Source: Squalus acanthias (lineage: Eukaryota). From it: 64,000 nucleotides of DNA. The stretch spans positions 67,582,001-67,646,000 of the forward strand of contig CM059432.1 in NCBI GenBank assembly GCA_030390025.1, written 5' to 3'. Position 1 is the stretch's first letter, and the number at the start of each line of letters is the position of its first letter. Of the stretch, positions 42,198-54,375 are shown one piece after another. The notes under the pieces are model-generated. The model ran no database searches and had not been told where the DNA came from. It saw only the letters and a program-made list of their open reading frames with translations. Made by a program: the position numbers and the translations under genes.

Positions 42198-43020
42198 GGT
42201 TCTGAAATTGTGGTCTCTGTGATGGCGTACTCTCATAGTACGCAGTCATAATCCATTTGAAAGGCCCGACAACTTCCAGACTTCCGCATGCACTTCCGCA
42301 TGTGCAAAATCCAGAACTTGGGATCTGTCAAGGAACCAATTAAAAAATGATTTAGTGCATGCAGAGATAAATGCGGAAATCCTGAAGTTGCGGTCAGTCA
42401 TTCACTGCACTGCTAGATGTTGCACTATGGAGCTCCCCAGAGCCGGCAATCAGTTGAAATCACGTATAACGATGAAAACCTTTCCTTTTACAATGGAACA
42501 TCGCTGTTAAAAACTCCCTAAAACTTTAAGCCTTGTTGAAAGAGGTGTAACTGGGTTTTTAATGCGCACTGACTGCTGAACAACCGTTCTAGCCCTGAAA
42601 AACTAATTTTAGATTTGTGGAATGTCAAATTTTTTATTAATATGATTAAGAATTACAAGTTTCTAATCTAATATATTTTTTACAGTTTGTTTATGATATT
42701 TCAGCTTCTACCTTAATCCTATGTGTATGTCCCAATCTTTATTTTACTCTCTGTAAAATGTATAAAAAGTAAATTAGAATCATGCATTTTACGTCCTGAT
42801 TTGCTGTCAGTGAGAATTCTTCAATGTGATTGGCTGCTTAGCCAGCTTGATGACATCACTGTTGCTGACGTTCAGGATTCGCTTGATTTGGCGCCAGATT
42901 CAAACAAAGGTCGGGAGAGCTGAATTTCACGCCACAGAGATCGCTAGATCTTTGTGGGCAGCTTTCTTCGAGGTCAGCGGCGAGCGCCGTTGCTTCACCA
43001 CTGACTGCAAATTCTGGGCC
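42198..43020. mobile_element. MITE-like element
   Basis: Termini ggttctgaaattg / caaattctgggcc; gcatgcgca-type boxes as in 10326-11087. Confidence 0.5.
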
Positions 43021-43883
43021 ATTAGTTACCTGAGCATAATAGGTCAGTTAAATAAGGTGCTCAATATAAAGCTCAATATTCAATTATTATGATCTTATTT
43101 GAACATGCAAAGGCAGATAATATTTTCACCTGCACTTTGAATATAATTTTCAATGTAGCTCCTCTCAATATAAAACAATTACAATACTGAAGCAAACATA
43201 TTTTAAAAGTAAAGATAATTAATTCTGTGATTAAGCATGTGTACTGAATATATATTTAAAAAGTTACAATCTCAAGATCACTGTTGAATGTCTAACACAT
43301 AATTAAAATCATAAGGCATGATGTGGGTTTTTAAATTATATCAAATGTTACAATGTTGATCATTTCAATTTTTAGTTAGAGATGCAAAATAAAGTGCATC
43401 ATGTAAATGGACACAGACATTAAAATACAAGTAAAATTAATTGGTTGAACTGTATTCAAACTATTACTTGAAATTGATAACACTGTAATTGTCAAATATG
43501 ATGAATAAATATCAATCTGCAACAATCATTTTCAATGCTGCTAATACTTCAAAAGTCACTGGTAGTGGAGAAATGAGGACTGAGTGATGCAGTGGGACAG
43601 TATACTATCCTTTCTTCAAGTAGCGTCATAAGATTTTTAAGATTCGCCAGAATGAACATACACCACTTTGGTTTAATATGTCATTCTCACCTATCCCAGT
43701 GGTGCATTACCTCAGTATTTCACTGGAGTGGGAGGCCAAGACCCCAAAATGGCAGGCAGGAAATGCACCACACGCCATATTGGGAAAAGACAAACAAAAG
43801 GCATCATTTAACCATGCCTGAAGATGGCATTAGTCCCTTTGCACATGCAAATAAGTGGCCTACCATCTGCTTGAAGACCCTGC

Positions 43884-46585
43884 AGGGTACGGTAGCATAG
43901 TGGTCATGTTACTGGACAAGTAATTCAGAGGCCTGGACTATAGATCCAGAGACATGAGTTCAAATCCCACCAGAGCAGCTGGGGAATTTCAGTTAATTAA
44001 TAAATCTGGAATAAAAAAATTAGTATCTTCTGGATTGTCATAAAAACCCATTTGGTTCACTAATGTCCTTTAGGGCAGGAAATCTGCCATCCTTACCTGG
44101 TCTGGCCTATCTGTGACTCCAGACTCACAGCAACATGGTTGATTCTTAACTGCCCTCTAAAATGACCTAGCAAGCCACTCAGTTGTACAAAACCGCTACA
44201 AAAAACAAAAATCAGAATAAAACCACCCGGCATCGACCTAGGCACCGGATTCGGAGGCAAGAAAGTCACACCAAGCCCAGTCGACCCTGAAAAGTCCTCA
44301 TTACTAACATCTAGGGACTTGTGCCAAAAGTGTGCGAGTTGTCCCACAGACCAGTCAAGCAACAGCCTGACGTAGTCATACTCACAAAATCATACCTTTC
44401 AGCCAATGTCCCAGACTCCTCCATCACCATCCCTGGGTATGTCCTGTGGATCTGTCCCACCGGCAGGACAAACCCACCAGAGGTGGCGGCGCAGTGGTAT
44501 ACAGTCAGGAGGGAGAAGCACTGGGAGTCCTCAACATTGGCTCCGGACCCTATGAATTCTCATGCTTCAAGTCAAGCATGGGCAAGGAAACCTCCTGGTG
44601 GTCAGCACCTACTGCCATCCCTCAGCTGATGAATCAATACTTCTCCTTGTTGAACACCAATTGGAAGAAGAACTGAGGGTAGCAAGGGCACAGAATGTAC
44701 TCTTGGTGTGGTCTTCAATGTCCATCACCAAGAGTGGCTCAGTAGCACCACTGTTGGCCGAGTCTTGAAGAACATAACTGTCGGACTGGGCCTGCGGCAG
44801 GTGGTGAGAGAATCAACACAAGGGAAAAACCTACTTGACCTCGTCCTCACCAATCTACCTGTTGTAGATGCATCTGTCCATGACAGTATTGGTAGCAGTA
44901 ACCAATGCACAGTCCTTGTGGAGACAAAGTCCCACCTTCACACTGACGATATCCTCCGTCGTGTTGTGTGGCACTACCACTGTGCTAAATGGGATAGATT
45001 CAGAACAGATCTAGCAGCACAAAACTGGGCATCCATGAGGTGCTGTGGGCCATCAGCAGCAGCAGAATTGTATTCCACAACCTGTAATCACTTGGCCCGG
45101 CATATCCCTCACTCTGTCATTACCAGCAAGCCAGGGGACCAACCCTGGTTCAATGAGGAGTGTAGAAGAGCATGCCAGGAGCAGCACTAGGCATACCTAA
45201 AAATCATGTGCCAACCTGGGAAGCTGCAACACAGGACTACATGCATGCGAAGCAGCATGCTATAGACAGAGCTAAGCGATCCCACAAAAGCTCTGCAGTC
45301 CTGCCACATCCAGTCGTGAATGGTAGTGGATAATTAAACCTGTATTTAATGGGTGCAAAAGACAAGGCTGAAGCATTTGCAACCATCTAGTGCCGAGTGC
45401 ATGATTCATCTTGACCTCCTCCTGAGGTCCCCACCATCACAGAAGCCAGTCTTCAGCCAATTCGATTCACTCCATGTGATATCAAGAAATGGCTGAGCAC
45501 ATTGGATACAGCAAAGGCTATGGGGCCTGACAACATCCCAGCTGTCGTGCTGAAGACTTATGCTCCAGAACTAGCCGCACCTGTGGCCAAGCTGTTCCAG
45601 TACAGCTACAAGACTGGCATCTACCCAACAATGTGGAAAACTACCCAGGTATGTCCTGTCCACAAAAAGCAGGACAAATCCAATCCGTCGAATTACCACC
45701 CATCAGCCTACTCTCAATCATCAGCAAAGTGATGGAAGGTGTCATCGACAGTGCTATCAAATGGCACTTACTCACCAATAACCTGCTCACTGATGCTCAG
45801 TTTGGGTTCCGCCAAGACCACTCGGCTCCTGACCTCATTACAGCCTATGGACAAAAGAGCTGAATTCCAGAGATGAGGTAAGAGTGACTGCCCATGACAT
45901 CAAGGCAGCATTTAACCGAGTGTGGCATCAAGGAGCCCTAGTAAAATTGAAGTCAATTGGAATCAGGGGGAAAACTCTCCGCTGGCTGGAGTCATACCTA
46001 GCACAAAGGAAGATGGTTGTGCTTGTTGGAGGCCAATCATCTCAGCCCCAGGATATCACTGCAGGAATTCCTCAGGGCAGTGTCCTAGGCCCAATAATCT
46101 TCAGCTGCTTCATCAATGACCTTCCCTCCATCATAAGGTCAGAAGTGGGGATGTTCACTGATGACTGCATAGTGTTCTGTGCCACTCGCAACTCCTCAGA
46201 TAATAAAGCAGTCCATGATGACATTCAGGCTTGGGCTGATAAGGGGCAAGTAACATTTGCGCCACACAAGTGCCAGGCAATGACTATCTCCAACAAGAGA
46301 GAGTCTAACCACTGCCCCCTGACATTCAACCGCTTTACCATCACCGAATCCACAACCATCAACATCCTGGGAGTCACCATTGACCAGAAACTTTAACTGG
46401 ACCAGCCACATAAATACTGTGGCTACAAGAGTAGGTCAGAGGCTAGGTATTCTGCGGCGAGTGTCTCACCTCCTGACTCCCCAAAGCATTTCCACCATTT
46501 ACAAGGCACAAGTCAGGAGTATGGTGGAATACTCTCCACTTGCCTGGATGAGTGCAGCTCCAACAACATTCAAGAAGTTCGATAC
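43884..46585 (+). mobile_element. Non-LTR retrotransposon (APE + RT, distinct from the CR1 copies) preceded by a tRNA-like head; 3' end missing
   Basis: PDVVILTKSYL, FNVHHQEWL, LLDLVLTN, QPWFNEEC, KAMGPDNIP, QFGFRQ, DIKAAFNRVWH, GIPQGSVLGP, FTDD; A box tagcatagtgg 43893-43903, B box gttcaaatcc 43958-43967. Confidence 0.85.
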
Positions 46586-46743
46586 TGTAATTTATTATCC
46601 CATGCTTTGTCACATGGTTTAGTATGAGCATGCTCAGTTCGCTCTGGCCTAGTAAAGCAAGCACATGGACTAGCAACTCATCTGTCTCTGTCCTTCATTT
46701 GTTCTACCCAGATATAGTACATTTTTGGCGACGAGGATGGGAT
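46586..46743 (+). mobile_element. Short LTR (136 bp) plus tRNA-Ser(GCT) primer binding site; Gypsy-type remnant
   Basis: tgtaa...gtaca 46586-46721, then tggcgacgaggatgggat 46726-46743, complementary to the vertebrate tRNA-Ser(GCT) 3' end as I recall it. Confidence 0.7.
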
Positions 46744-48027
46744 CCCAAAGCCATTTTTAGTGATCATGAAAGGTCACAGTGTTCAACCTACGAGTGGAAA
46801 AGTTTAAGGTGAATTTGTGAGACCTAAACTGAATTATTTGCAATGTTTTACTGTTAATACTGATGCAGAATTGTCTGTGCTTCGCCTTTGCGTGTATGTA
46901 TACACAGTAACAGGACCTGCGCACTGTCTCCTGTGACCCCCCAGCTTGCCGTTCATGTCCTGATGACGCAAGAGGTCCAGTTTCAGATGTTCCTCTTGGC
47001 CACCAGTTTCAGTGCAGCGGTTGTTGCCATGCCTGAATTCTAACCTGGGGAAGTTGATGGAAAGTGGAAATATCACTCCAAACCCTTTGCGTGAATGGTT
47101 GGTAACTATGCACCAATGTTTTGAAACAATCTAAGTATCCTAGATCTCTAAAGGGCACAAGATGGAGCTCTTTGCAATATTCAGTTTTCTGCCTATATTA
47201 CCTCACAACTGGTATATCTCTTACAACTCTGGGGAGAAGTAGATTAAAGCATAAAGAATGAATAAGGATGAGTTGGCTGCCTAGCTTCCCAAACAAATAA
47301 TTCCTGTGTGCAAATCAAGTAACATTGGCAGTAGCCAAAGAACTGTTTGCAGCAGAGATTCCCTCATCCTTCTAGCTAAAAGTTCAGTAAACATTTCACA
47401 CTTATATAACATCATTTTAATCATAGAAAATGTGCTTCCTACAGTTGTAGAATCAACATAATTTTGGACAGATTCAACAGTGTAATTTTCATTTAAATGT
47501 GTTCCAAGGATCCCACCAGGAGCTTATCCTTGTAACCTACAAGGCTACGGACCATGAGCTGGAAAGTGGGATTAGGCGGGATAGCTCTTTTTCGGCCGGC
47601 ACAGTCATGATGGGTTGGGTCGAATGGTCTCCTTCTGTGCCGTAAATTTCTATGATTCCATGATTGTAAGTATTCAGAATATTTGTGTGCAACATTTTGG
47701 TATTTTCATGCCACTCGTTTTACCATTGAATAATCTTTTTAAGTAGCAATTGTGTAAAATACAGCAGCGTTTGTCAAGATGATTTGTGTTTGCTTCAGGA
47801 AGCTCCCAATGACAAATAACCTTCTGCTTGTTTTGCAGACACAATAAGAAATTAGTAAGAAAACATACATAAATAATTAAAATGGCACATTTCTAACCTC
47901 AATATTTCAATGATTTAGTTCAGTTTGAATAGTTTTTCACTATTGGTTAGATCCAGCACTTAAATCCAAATTCACCAATGAAAAGTCCAGATTTGAGTTC
48001 TTATGGGGTGAAGACTGTAAGGCTTAG

Positions 48028-49330
48028 TGGCAGAGAAATTCAGGACAACCTTGCACAGCTTTGGGCCTAGATGCCCCGCTGTAGACTGCACCACCTCGGC
48101 ACCTGTCTGAGCTGGCTGGATGACAGGCTACAGCAGGGGCACTGGCGGAGTGTCAGTGGTGGGAATACAAATGCTGAGAGAAGGCAACAGGTTCTTGCTC
48201 CACGGAGCCACTGCCACTCCCCCGTGGTGGCACCTCCGCATTCCTAGCCATCTGTTGGAGCACAGATTACTAGACGACTGTGAGACCCTGCAAGCCCCTT
48301 TCCACACTCATAAACCCAGCCACGATGGCATCAATCTGAGCTTGTGTGGCAGCAAGCTGAGCCTGCATGAGAGCAGTCTGAGCTTCCACTGCAGCACTGA
48401 GGTATTGGGTAATTTCCGCCTGTGCTGTAATGGAAGCTGCGACATCGCCCATCACACCCAGCATCATGGTTGGGTCTACAAGTGCCCTAATGGAGTTGCC
48501 CATCATTTCCATCCTGGAAATCATAGGCTCCAAGCTCCGTGCAGAATCCCGTGCAATGTTGGAGCCGGACTCCTCCATGCTCATTGACACTGACAAGAGG
48601 CTCCCTGGCAGGCTTGCCATTGCACCTAGCATTTCTGTGTGCATGGCCATCACCCTTCTTCTGAAGGCCGCTTGATCAAAGTCATCATCTGAGTCCTGTG
48701 CAGCAAAACTCGTGTGCAAACTCACACCCTGGGGAGCTGGGACGCGAGCTACCCTTCCCCTGGGCCTGGCTGCAGCCCACTTGTGCCCGGTGACTCACCA
48801 CGTGCAGATCCCGCCTCTATATTACCCTCGAAAGTATGTGCAGTGCCATTTTCTGAGCTGGTGCCTGTGACCACCTCCTTGGTGAAGCGTCGCCTCCTAA
48901 TACACTGCCCCCTCGCTTAATTGGTGGTAAAAAGCTGCAAGACTTGCAGAAACTTAGACAGAGCCAGTGAAACTGAGAAATCATGTCAGCTGCAAATTTT
49001 TGTTGATGATCCCTTTAAATATCGCTGCTGGAGGGTCCTTCCTGCTGCTGAACGCTTGGTCAGCTGGTCGTGATTAAGAGAGGGTGGTAAGTGGAGTGGC
49101 GACGTCGAAAATGGCAGATTGTGCATCAAATCAGCGTTGCACACTCACTGACGTCACGATGTGCCTCATTTCCATTTCTCGAGCGAGTGCTCGCAGCGGC
49201 CACGCTGCCGACCAGCCCAAAATGGCGGCCACCGCAGGACCTGCTGGAAGCAGGCAGAAGCTAGTCGGTCGCCATTTTTTCATCAAAATGGGCCTCAACG
49301 GCCGGCGCTAAATCCCCAAATTTCTAGGCC
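48028..49330 (-). mobile_element. Harbinger derivative carrying Myb-gene C-terminal remnant
   Basis: Termini ggcagagaaattc / aatttctaggcc; minus ORF 48270-48725 (AIVAGFMSVERGLQ) is homologous to 13401-13480 (AIMAGFTSVERGLQ). Confidence 0.72.
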
Positions 49331-50846
49331 TATAGACCAACCAAATCCCCATGAAAATACACAAACATATACAAACATGGATGTTGCAAATAGAGAATAT
49401 AGGGCCAAGGGACTGACTGGCCTACCCCTCTTCCTGTGTTTCTATGATTTGCTGAATGCCACTCTTGGCATGGAGCCTCACCCACCAAGAGCACAAATTG
49501 AAAATCACAGGCCTGCACCCCTTGATTTTCCATCCACTCAAATTAATTTAGTGGGCTGAACTGTATAGTGTACACTGTTTACTGCATTACAAAACTGTTG
49601 TTTAAGAAGTTAGAATATAAAGGTCAGTAAATGTTCACTGCTTGAAAGTGATTCTGCCTGAAATTGATATATGGAGTAATTTTCAAATGAATGAGCTGAA
49701 AATCAAAGGCATTACACACCCAGTTTTCCAATATGTGTTCCCAATGGATGAAGCTCTGCATTGTGAGTGCAGAAGATGGAAATTTGCCCCATTGGTTGCT
49801 TTCAAGAACAGCTGAATACTGTTTGGAACAATATGATCTCAAAGCTGACAACATTAGACAAATTCCTAGGTGTGAGATTTTCATTCATGATTTGTGTACC
49901 CGAGGCATTGAACTGTGCCAAAGAGCAAAAATAATTAAAAGCAGCAAGTTGCATCCATCAGATGGGCTCAGGAGACACCAAATGGCATTAGTATATTATT
50001 TTTCATGTTTCTCTTTTCTTACCTGAGGGCGAGCTTGCACATTGAGCCTAGCTGACAGGAACTTAAAGGGCTTAGCTGGTCATTTAAAGGGCAGAATTCT
50101 TGCCTGCAACATAATGGAAAGGGTTCAGAGCTGCAAAGTTCCTGGAAAATGGGGGGTTCTTCATCCATGTAAGCCCAGATTCACAGATGCTGCACTTGAA
50201 GTCATGCTGGATGAGTCGAAGAAAAGGAGGCTGTTCTCTTTGGCAATGAAGGTTACTCTGTCCAGAAAAGAGTGGGCCAACAGCAGGAGATAGCTGACAG
50301 GGTGTTTCCATTAACAACTAGTTTACACATGTATGCATATGACAAAGTGTTTCTCCTTATTGCTGCCCCATCCAAAATACTCATACAACATTACAGCCCT
50401 TTGAATGCTTACCATGCATGGACACATTGCAGCAGGGCACAAATGCAAGCTGCAAATTACAATTGAATTCTTAAAGGAGCTTTACATAGCAAATTCTTAC
50501 AGCACAGTCCAGCTCTAGGTTCATTCAATGTTACACATGATGGGCTATATGATGCACACTTATACATCACTCTATTTATTCCTTAAACTTGCAACATCTC
50601 AAGAGGACTTGGTGAACAAGCTGACACATAAGAGAAGGAAAAAGACCTGGGGGGGGAAATTCAGTTGCTTTGCACCTCCCGTTAGCGCCCTCTTAGGGCG
50701 CTAACGGGGCACAAAGCAACTAGTGCCCGGGCGCGGCACTGCCAACGCCTCCCGCGAAATTCAGTGGGAGGTTAGTGGCGGCGGTAACCATTAGCGCCCC
50801 ACAGCGCTGCGCCACCGGCGATGATGTCATCGCTGTGTGCAGCGCC

Positions 50847-52559
50847 TGTAGAATTCGCAATATATCGCGATTTGATTAATAAGGAGAAAACACAAAGTTT
50901 CGTTCAAACAGCTTTTATTTCAGCAGAATGCTGTCAGGTTTAAATTGGACACAAGCAGCCTGTAAAATGGCCGCCGCACCTCGTGACAGAACATTCTAGA
51001 CTTTTCAACAGGCAGACAAGATGGCGTTCCATTAAACATTTGTACAAGATCGATAACGATTCAGCACAGTGAAGATAATACACGAGACATTATGGGTTTA
51101 CAGTATAAACATAGATACTGGAATCGGTCTCCCAGGTACAAAGGAAAGCCATTGTACCGAGTAATCAAGGGCCCATCCAAAGGACATTAATATGTAAACT
51201 CCCAACGACTCTACGATGAGAGAGCCGTTAGCAGGTAGTTATACAGGACACTTGGAAGCCCCAAACCCCTCCAGGGAGAACACCGACCGATTTAACAATG
51301 GGAGAAGTATTAACAGGTACTCAAACATTCATGAGTAGCCCGAAACCCATTAAGAACGGAGATCACCCATACAAGACATTTGGGCGCCAAACCCTAAACA
51401 AAAGAATGGACATTATAGTTGGGCGGGAAACGGAAGATTTTTGCACTATAATTGCAGGCCCCAAACCGTCCACTCGCTCTCTTGTCTCTTGCCTTTTGCC
51501 TCGTGCTCTTGTTCGTGCTCCTGCGTTCGCTCGATTGCTCCTGTGTTTTATCCGGTCGATTCGTAACCTCGTGGCTGCTCCTGTGTACTCGTAGTTGGGT
51601 TTCTGCGTGCCTGTTGCCTCTTCTGAAAAGACTGTTGAACTTTCTGATCCGTTCGGATCTACCTCGTGTCGCGTAACGAAGACCTATGTTGGTAACTGGC
51701 AGCGGAACCAAAGGCCCGAGATGAGATGAGATGAGATGAGAGGAGAAGAGAAGAAGACCATATCCATCGCCACGGTCAGTAAATCCCGACCGCGCCTGTA
51801 GGTCGATCAGCCAAGTTTTCTCGCCAGGAAGTTTTCCTCTTTAAACTTCTAAGGAGGTTGGAACGTGGAAAACACATCGTATCAATGATATTGACAACGG
51901 TGCTCCAAGACTAATCTGTGAAACCCACCAACAGAGGTCTTCATCACAGCAGACGGTCCAGCCTACTAGCCGGAGCAGCAGAAGCAAGTAAACAAGTGGG
52001 ACCAGGAGATCTCCTGACCGACACGTGGGTGCTGCGGTGAAAAACATCCGATCAGCTATTCGGAATTTCTCCGAGTTATCACGAGTGGTGAGCATGAGTC
52101 TCGAGATCCTACGAAGCTAGTTTAGGATAGATATTGATAGGGGAGGGTTTAAAGATTAAGGATATTTGTAATGTGTGCCCCTATTTACGTTGTGCCGTTC
52201 GTTCCTCGTTTCCCTAAGATCGACTATATAACCGTTTGTAAGATTGTACTGTCATTAATCTGTGCTTATGACATGTATTTCATAATTTTAAGTATCATGC
52301 AATAAAGATTTTCCATTTCGTACCATTCAAACCAAGTCTACATGAGTTTTATCTCCATTACTGCTCTCGCATCTAAGTCCAGTGTCTAGAACCGTAAGGG
52401 AGAGTGATTCGAACCACTCACAGGTGTGTCTAGTGTTCCCAGACTGGCTGGAGACCAGAACAGGCAACCAGGCCTAGACCCACACTGACATACAGGCTGC
52501 ACAGAGCCGCGTGAATCTCACAGGCTACGAGACACGCAGGGTCAGGGGAATCCCTTACA
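50847..52559 (+). repeat. 5' LTR (1713 bp)
   Basis: TGTAG...TTACA; AATAAA 52301-52306; candidate TATA at ~51446; (GAGAT)n at ~51718-51740. Confidence 0.97.
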
Positions 52560-52563
52560 GAAA

Positions 52564-54375
52564 ATGGCGACCGCGGCAGGACACTGGCAGCGAGAGGGTA
52601 GTGTGTTAGATTTTGGAATGACTGTACGAAATGTTATGCAGGAAAAGATAGCGGATTATGTGTTTGGAAAGGTTAATCTAACTAAGAAGTGGATAAGTGA
52701 ATTGTTAGCGGATAAGAGCCCACTAGAGGCAGCTGAAAGGTGGACAGATAGTAAGGAACATAAAAAGGCAGTTGAGAAAGCAGTCTGGCTTATGTGCTAC
52801 AAAAGGCAGGTTCAGATTTCAAACCAGACCATTACAGCGCTAACAGCTCGAATCAGCCATTTAGAGGGAGAAATGGAGGAGAAGGTTTCTGGAGGGGAGG
52901 TGCTCATTAAGAATTTAAATGAGTTACACCAGGAAAGCCAGGAAGTCTCCAGTCACCTTAAAACAAGGATAGAGTATCTCGAGTGCCAGGTCACTGAAGC
53001 AAAATTGAACGAGAGTAGGTTAAAGGAAAGATGTAACCGCCAAGCTGCCCAGATAAGAACTCAAGAAGAGAGCTTAATGGGGGTTAGGTCGGCGTATAAG
53101 TTGGCCCTTGAGGATAAGTTTCAGGGAGCCGACCATAGCGCCTGCCAAAGGGAGATAGAGAGCCTCAAAAAGGCCGTGAATAATGCGAACGGCATGGTGT
53201 GCCTTATCAATCCGTCGGCGCACCAGCCGCTAGTAAATGAGAGATTTAGAAAATCCCCACCAAGTAAAGCAGAAGAAGTAGTAGCCACTGCGCCCTCCGC
53301 GCCACCCAGCTATTCAGAAACCTGGGTTAGGGAGGAAGCAATGGAAGAAACAAAAAAGCCCATTGAAAAGGAAGAAGAAAAGGGATCGTTGTATCCAGTA
53401 ACGGGTATTAAAAGGGGCCCAAGCAGAAACGGTGGGGAAGAACCGGGGGATCTCCTCGGACAGCTGGTGTTGCCTCACAGTTCACATCAGCTGAGAGCTA
53501 TGATAAACCACGTACGGAAGCTGACCGAGATAGACGACCCTTCCGTACATTTCAGGGAAGTTGAGCAAGCCGCAGCCATTAACGGCTGCGATGATGGGGA
53601 GACAGCAAAAATGCTGCTGTTCTCATTAGACAGCTCGGTCCTTCAGTGTCTCTCAGGCGAGAGCAAGAGGGGAAACAAAAGTTATGAGGAATTAAAAAAT
53701 GAGGTCCTAGAAGTAGTGGGGGCGAACGACGGAGGTCCGTTTGCTAGAGTGGGACAGACAGTGCAGATGGAGGGAGAACCCCCGAAGGTTTTTGCCGACA
53801 GGCTGTGGCCAGTATATGAGCGCAGCTGTCTAGGTGCGCCCGAGCGCGAAGATGTGGAAGGCGCCGCTCTAACCCATTGGCTTAGGTGCATAATAGCCAA
53901 CAGTTTACCAGCCGTTAGAGAGCAGGCAAAAGCCTGGTTCGATCCCAATGACCTCAACCTTACGGAAGAGTCGGTCTTGAATCGACTCACGTTAGGTTAT
54001 CGTAACATAAGGGGTATGACGACACGTCCCTTTAAGGGAAGAGTACATGAGGTACGACCCGCAGCCCCGGCTCAAAGAGAGTGGCATCAGGAGGGTAATC
54101 GCGCCCCACAGGCAAGTAATGCCTGTTACGGGTGTGGGAAGACAGGGCACTGGCGCAAGCACTGCAGGAACCCTTGGAAGGATTCCAAGGATAAAAATCC
54201 CGCGGTCCGAGCCCAGGCGCCTGTCCCGGCTAAGGAAGCCAAGGCACCCACCCCTCCCGACGACCTCGAAGCAGTGTTAGGAGCCATGCGCAAGCTGGTT
54301 TTGAATGCGCGTGGACAGGTGGCGGTCGCAACCGGCCCCGTAGGTGCCGCAGGACCGTCTAATAGTGCCCCATGA
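52564..54375 (+). CDS. gag: Gag polyprotein (coiled coil, late domains, capsid-like region, CCHC zinc knuckle), 603 aa
   Basis: Intact ORF directly after the LTR; CYGCGKTGHWRKHC (54124-54165); PSAPPSY (53293-53313); QMEGEPPKVFADRL resembles a capsid MHR. Start could be a downstream Met. Confidence 0.92.
   Translation: MATAAGHWQREGSVLDFGMTVRNVMQEKIADYVFGKVNLTKKWISELLADKSPLEAAERWTDSKEHKKAVEKAVWLMCYKRQVQISNQTITALTARISHLEGEMEEKVSGGEVLIKNLNELHQESQEVSSHLKTRIEYLECQVTEAKLNESRLKERCNRQAAQIRTQEESLMGVRSAYKLALEDKFQGADHSACQREIESLKKAVNNANGMVCLINPSAHQPLVNERFRKSPPSKAEEVVATAPSAPPSYSETWVREEAMEETKKPIEKEEEKGSLYPVTGIKRGPSRNGGEEPGDLLGQLVLPHSSHQLRAMINHVRKLTEIDDPSVHFREVEQAAAINGCDDGETAKMLLFSLDSSVLQCLSGESKRGNKSYEELKNEVLEVVGANDGGPFARVGQTVQMEGEPPKVFADRLWPVYERSCLGAPEREDVEGAALTHWLRCIIANSLPAVREQAKAWFDPNDLNLTEESVLNRLTLGYRNIRGMTTRPFKGRVHEVRPAAPAQREWHQEGNRAPQASNACYGCGKTGHWRKHCRNPWKDSKDKNPAVRAQAPVPAKEAKAPTPPDDLEAVLGAMRKLVLNARGQVAVATGPVGAAGPSNSAP
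52565..52582 (+). promoter_or_regulatory. Primer binding site, tRNA-Arg(TCG)
   Basis: tggcgaccgcggcaggac, 5 nt after the LTR; reverse complement of ...GTCCTGCCGCGGTCG-CCA, the vertebrate tRNA-Arg(TCG) 3' end as I recall it. Confidence 0.88.

Noticed and set aside
43884..43975. Functional tRNA gene
   Set aside because: A/B boxes present but no convincing cloverleaf; it continues into retroposon sequence.
49624..50026. Short ORFs in unique DNA
   Set aside because: No recognisable domain and no consistent splice acceptor in frame.
51298..52095. Short ORFs in the LTRs (98, 74, 105, 84 aa) as accessory genes
   Set aside because: They recur only because the LTR is duplicated; indels between the two LTRs change their frames; no motifs.
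50847..52559. Hammerhead ribozyme in the LTR (retrozyme hypothesis)
   Set aside because: No CTGANGA...GAAA core with supporting helices found by eye; an Infernal search would be needed to exclude it.
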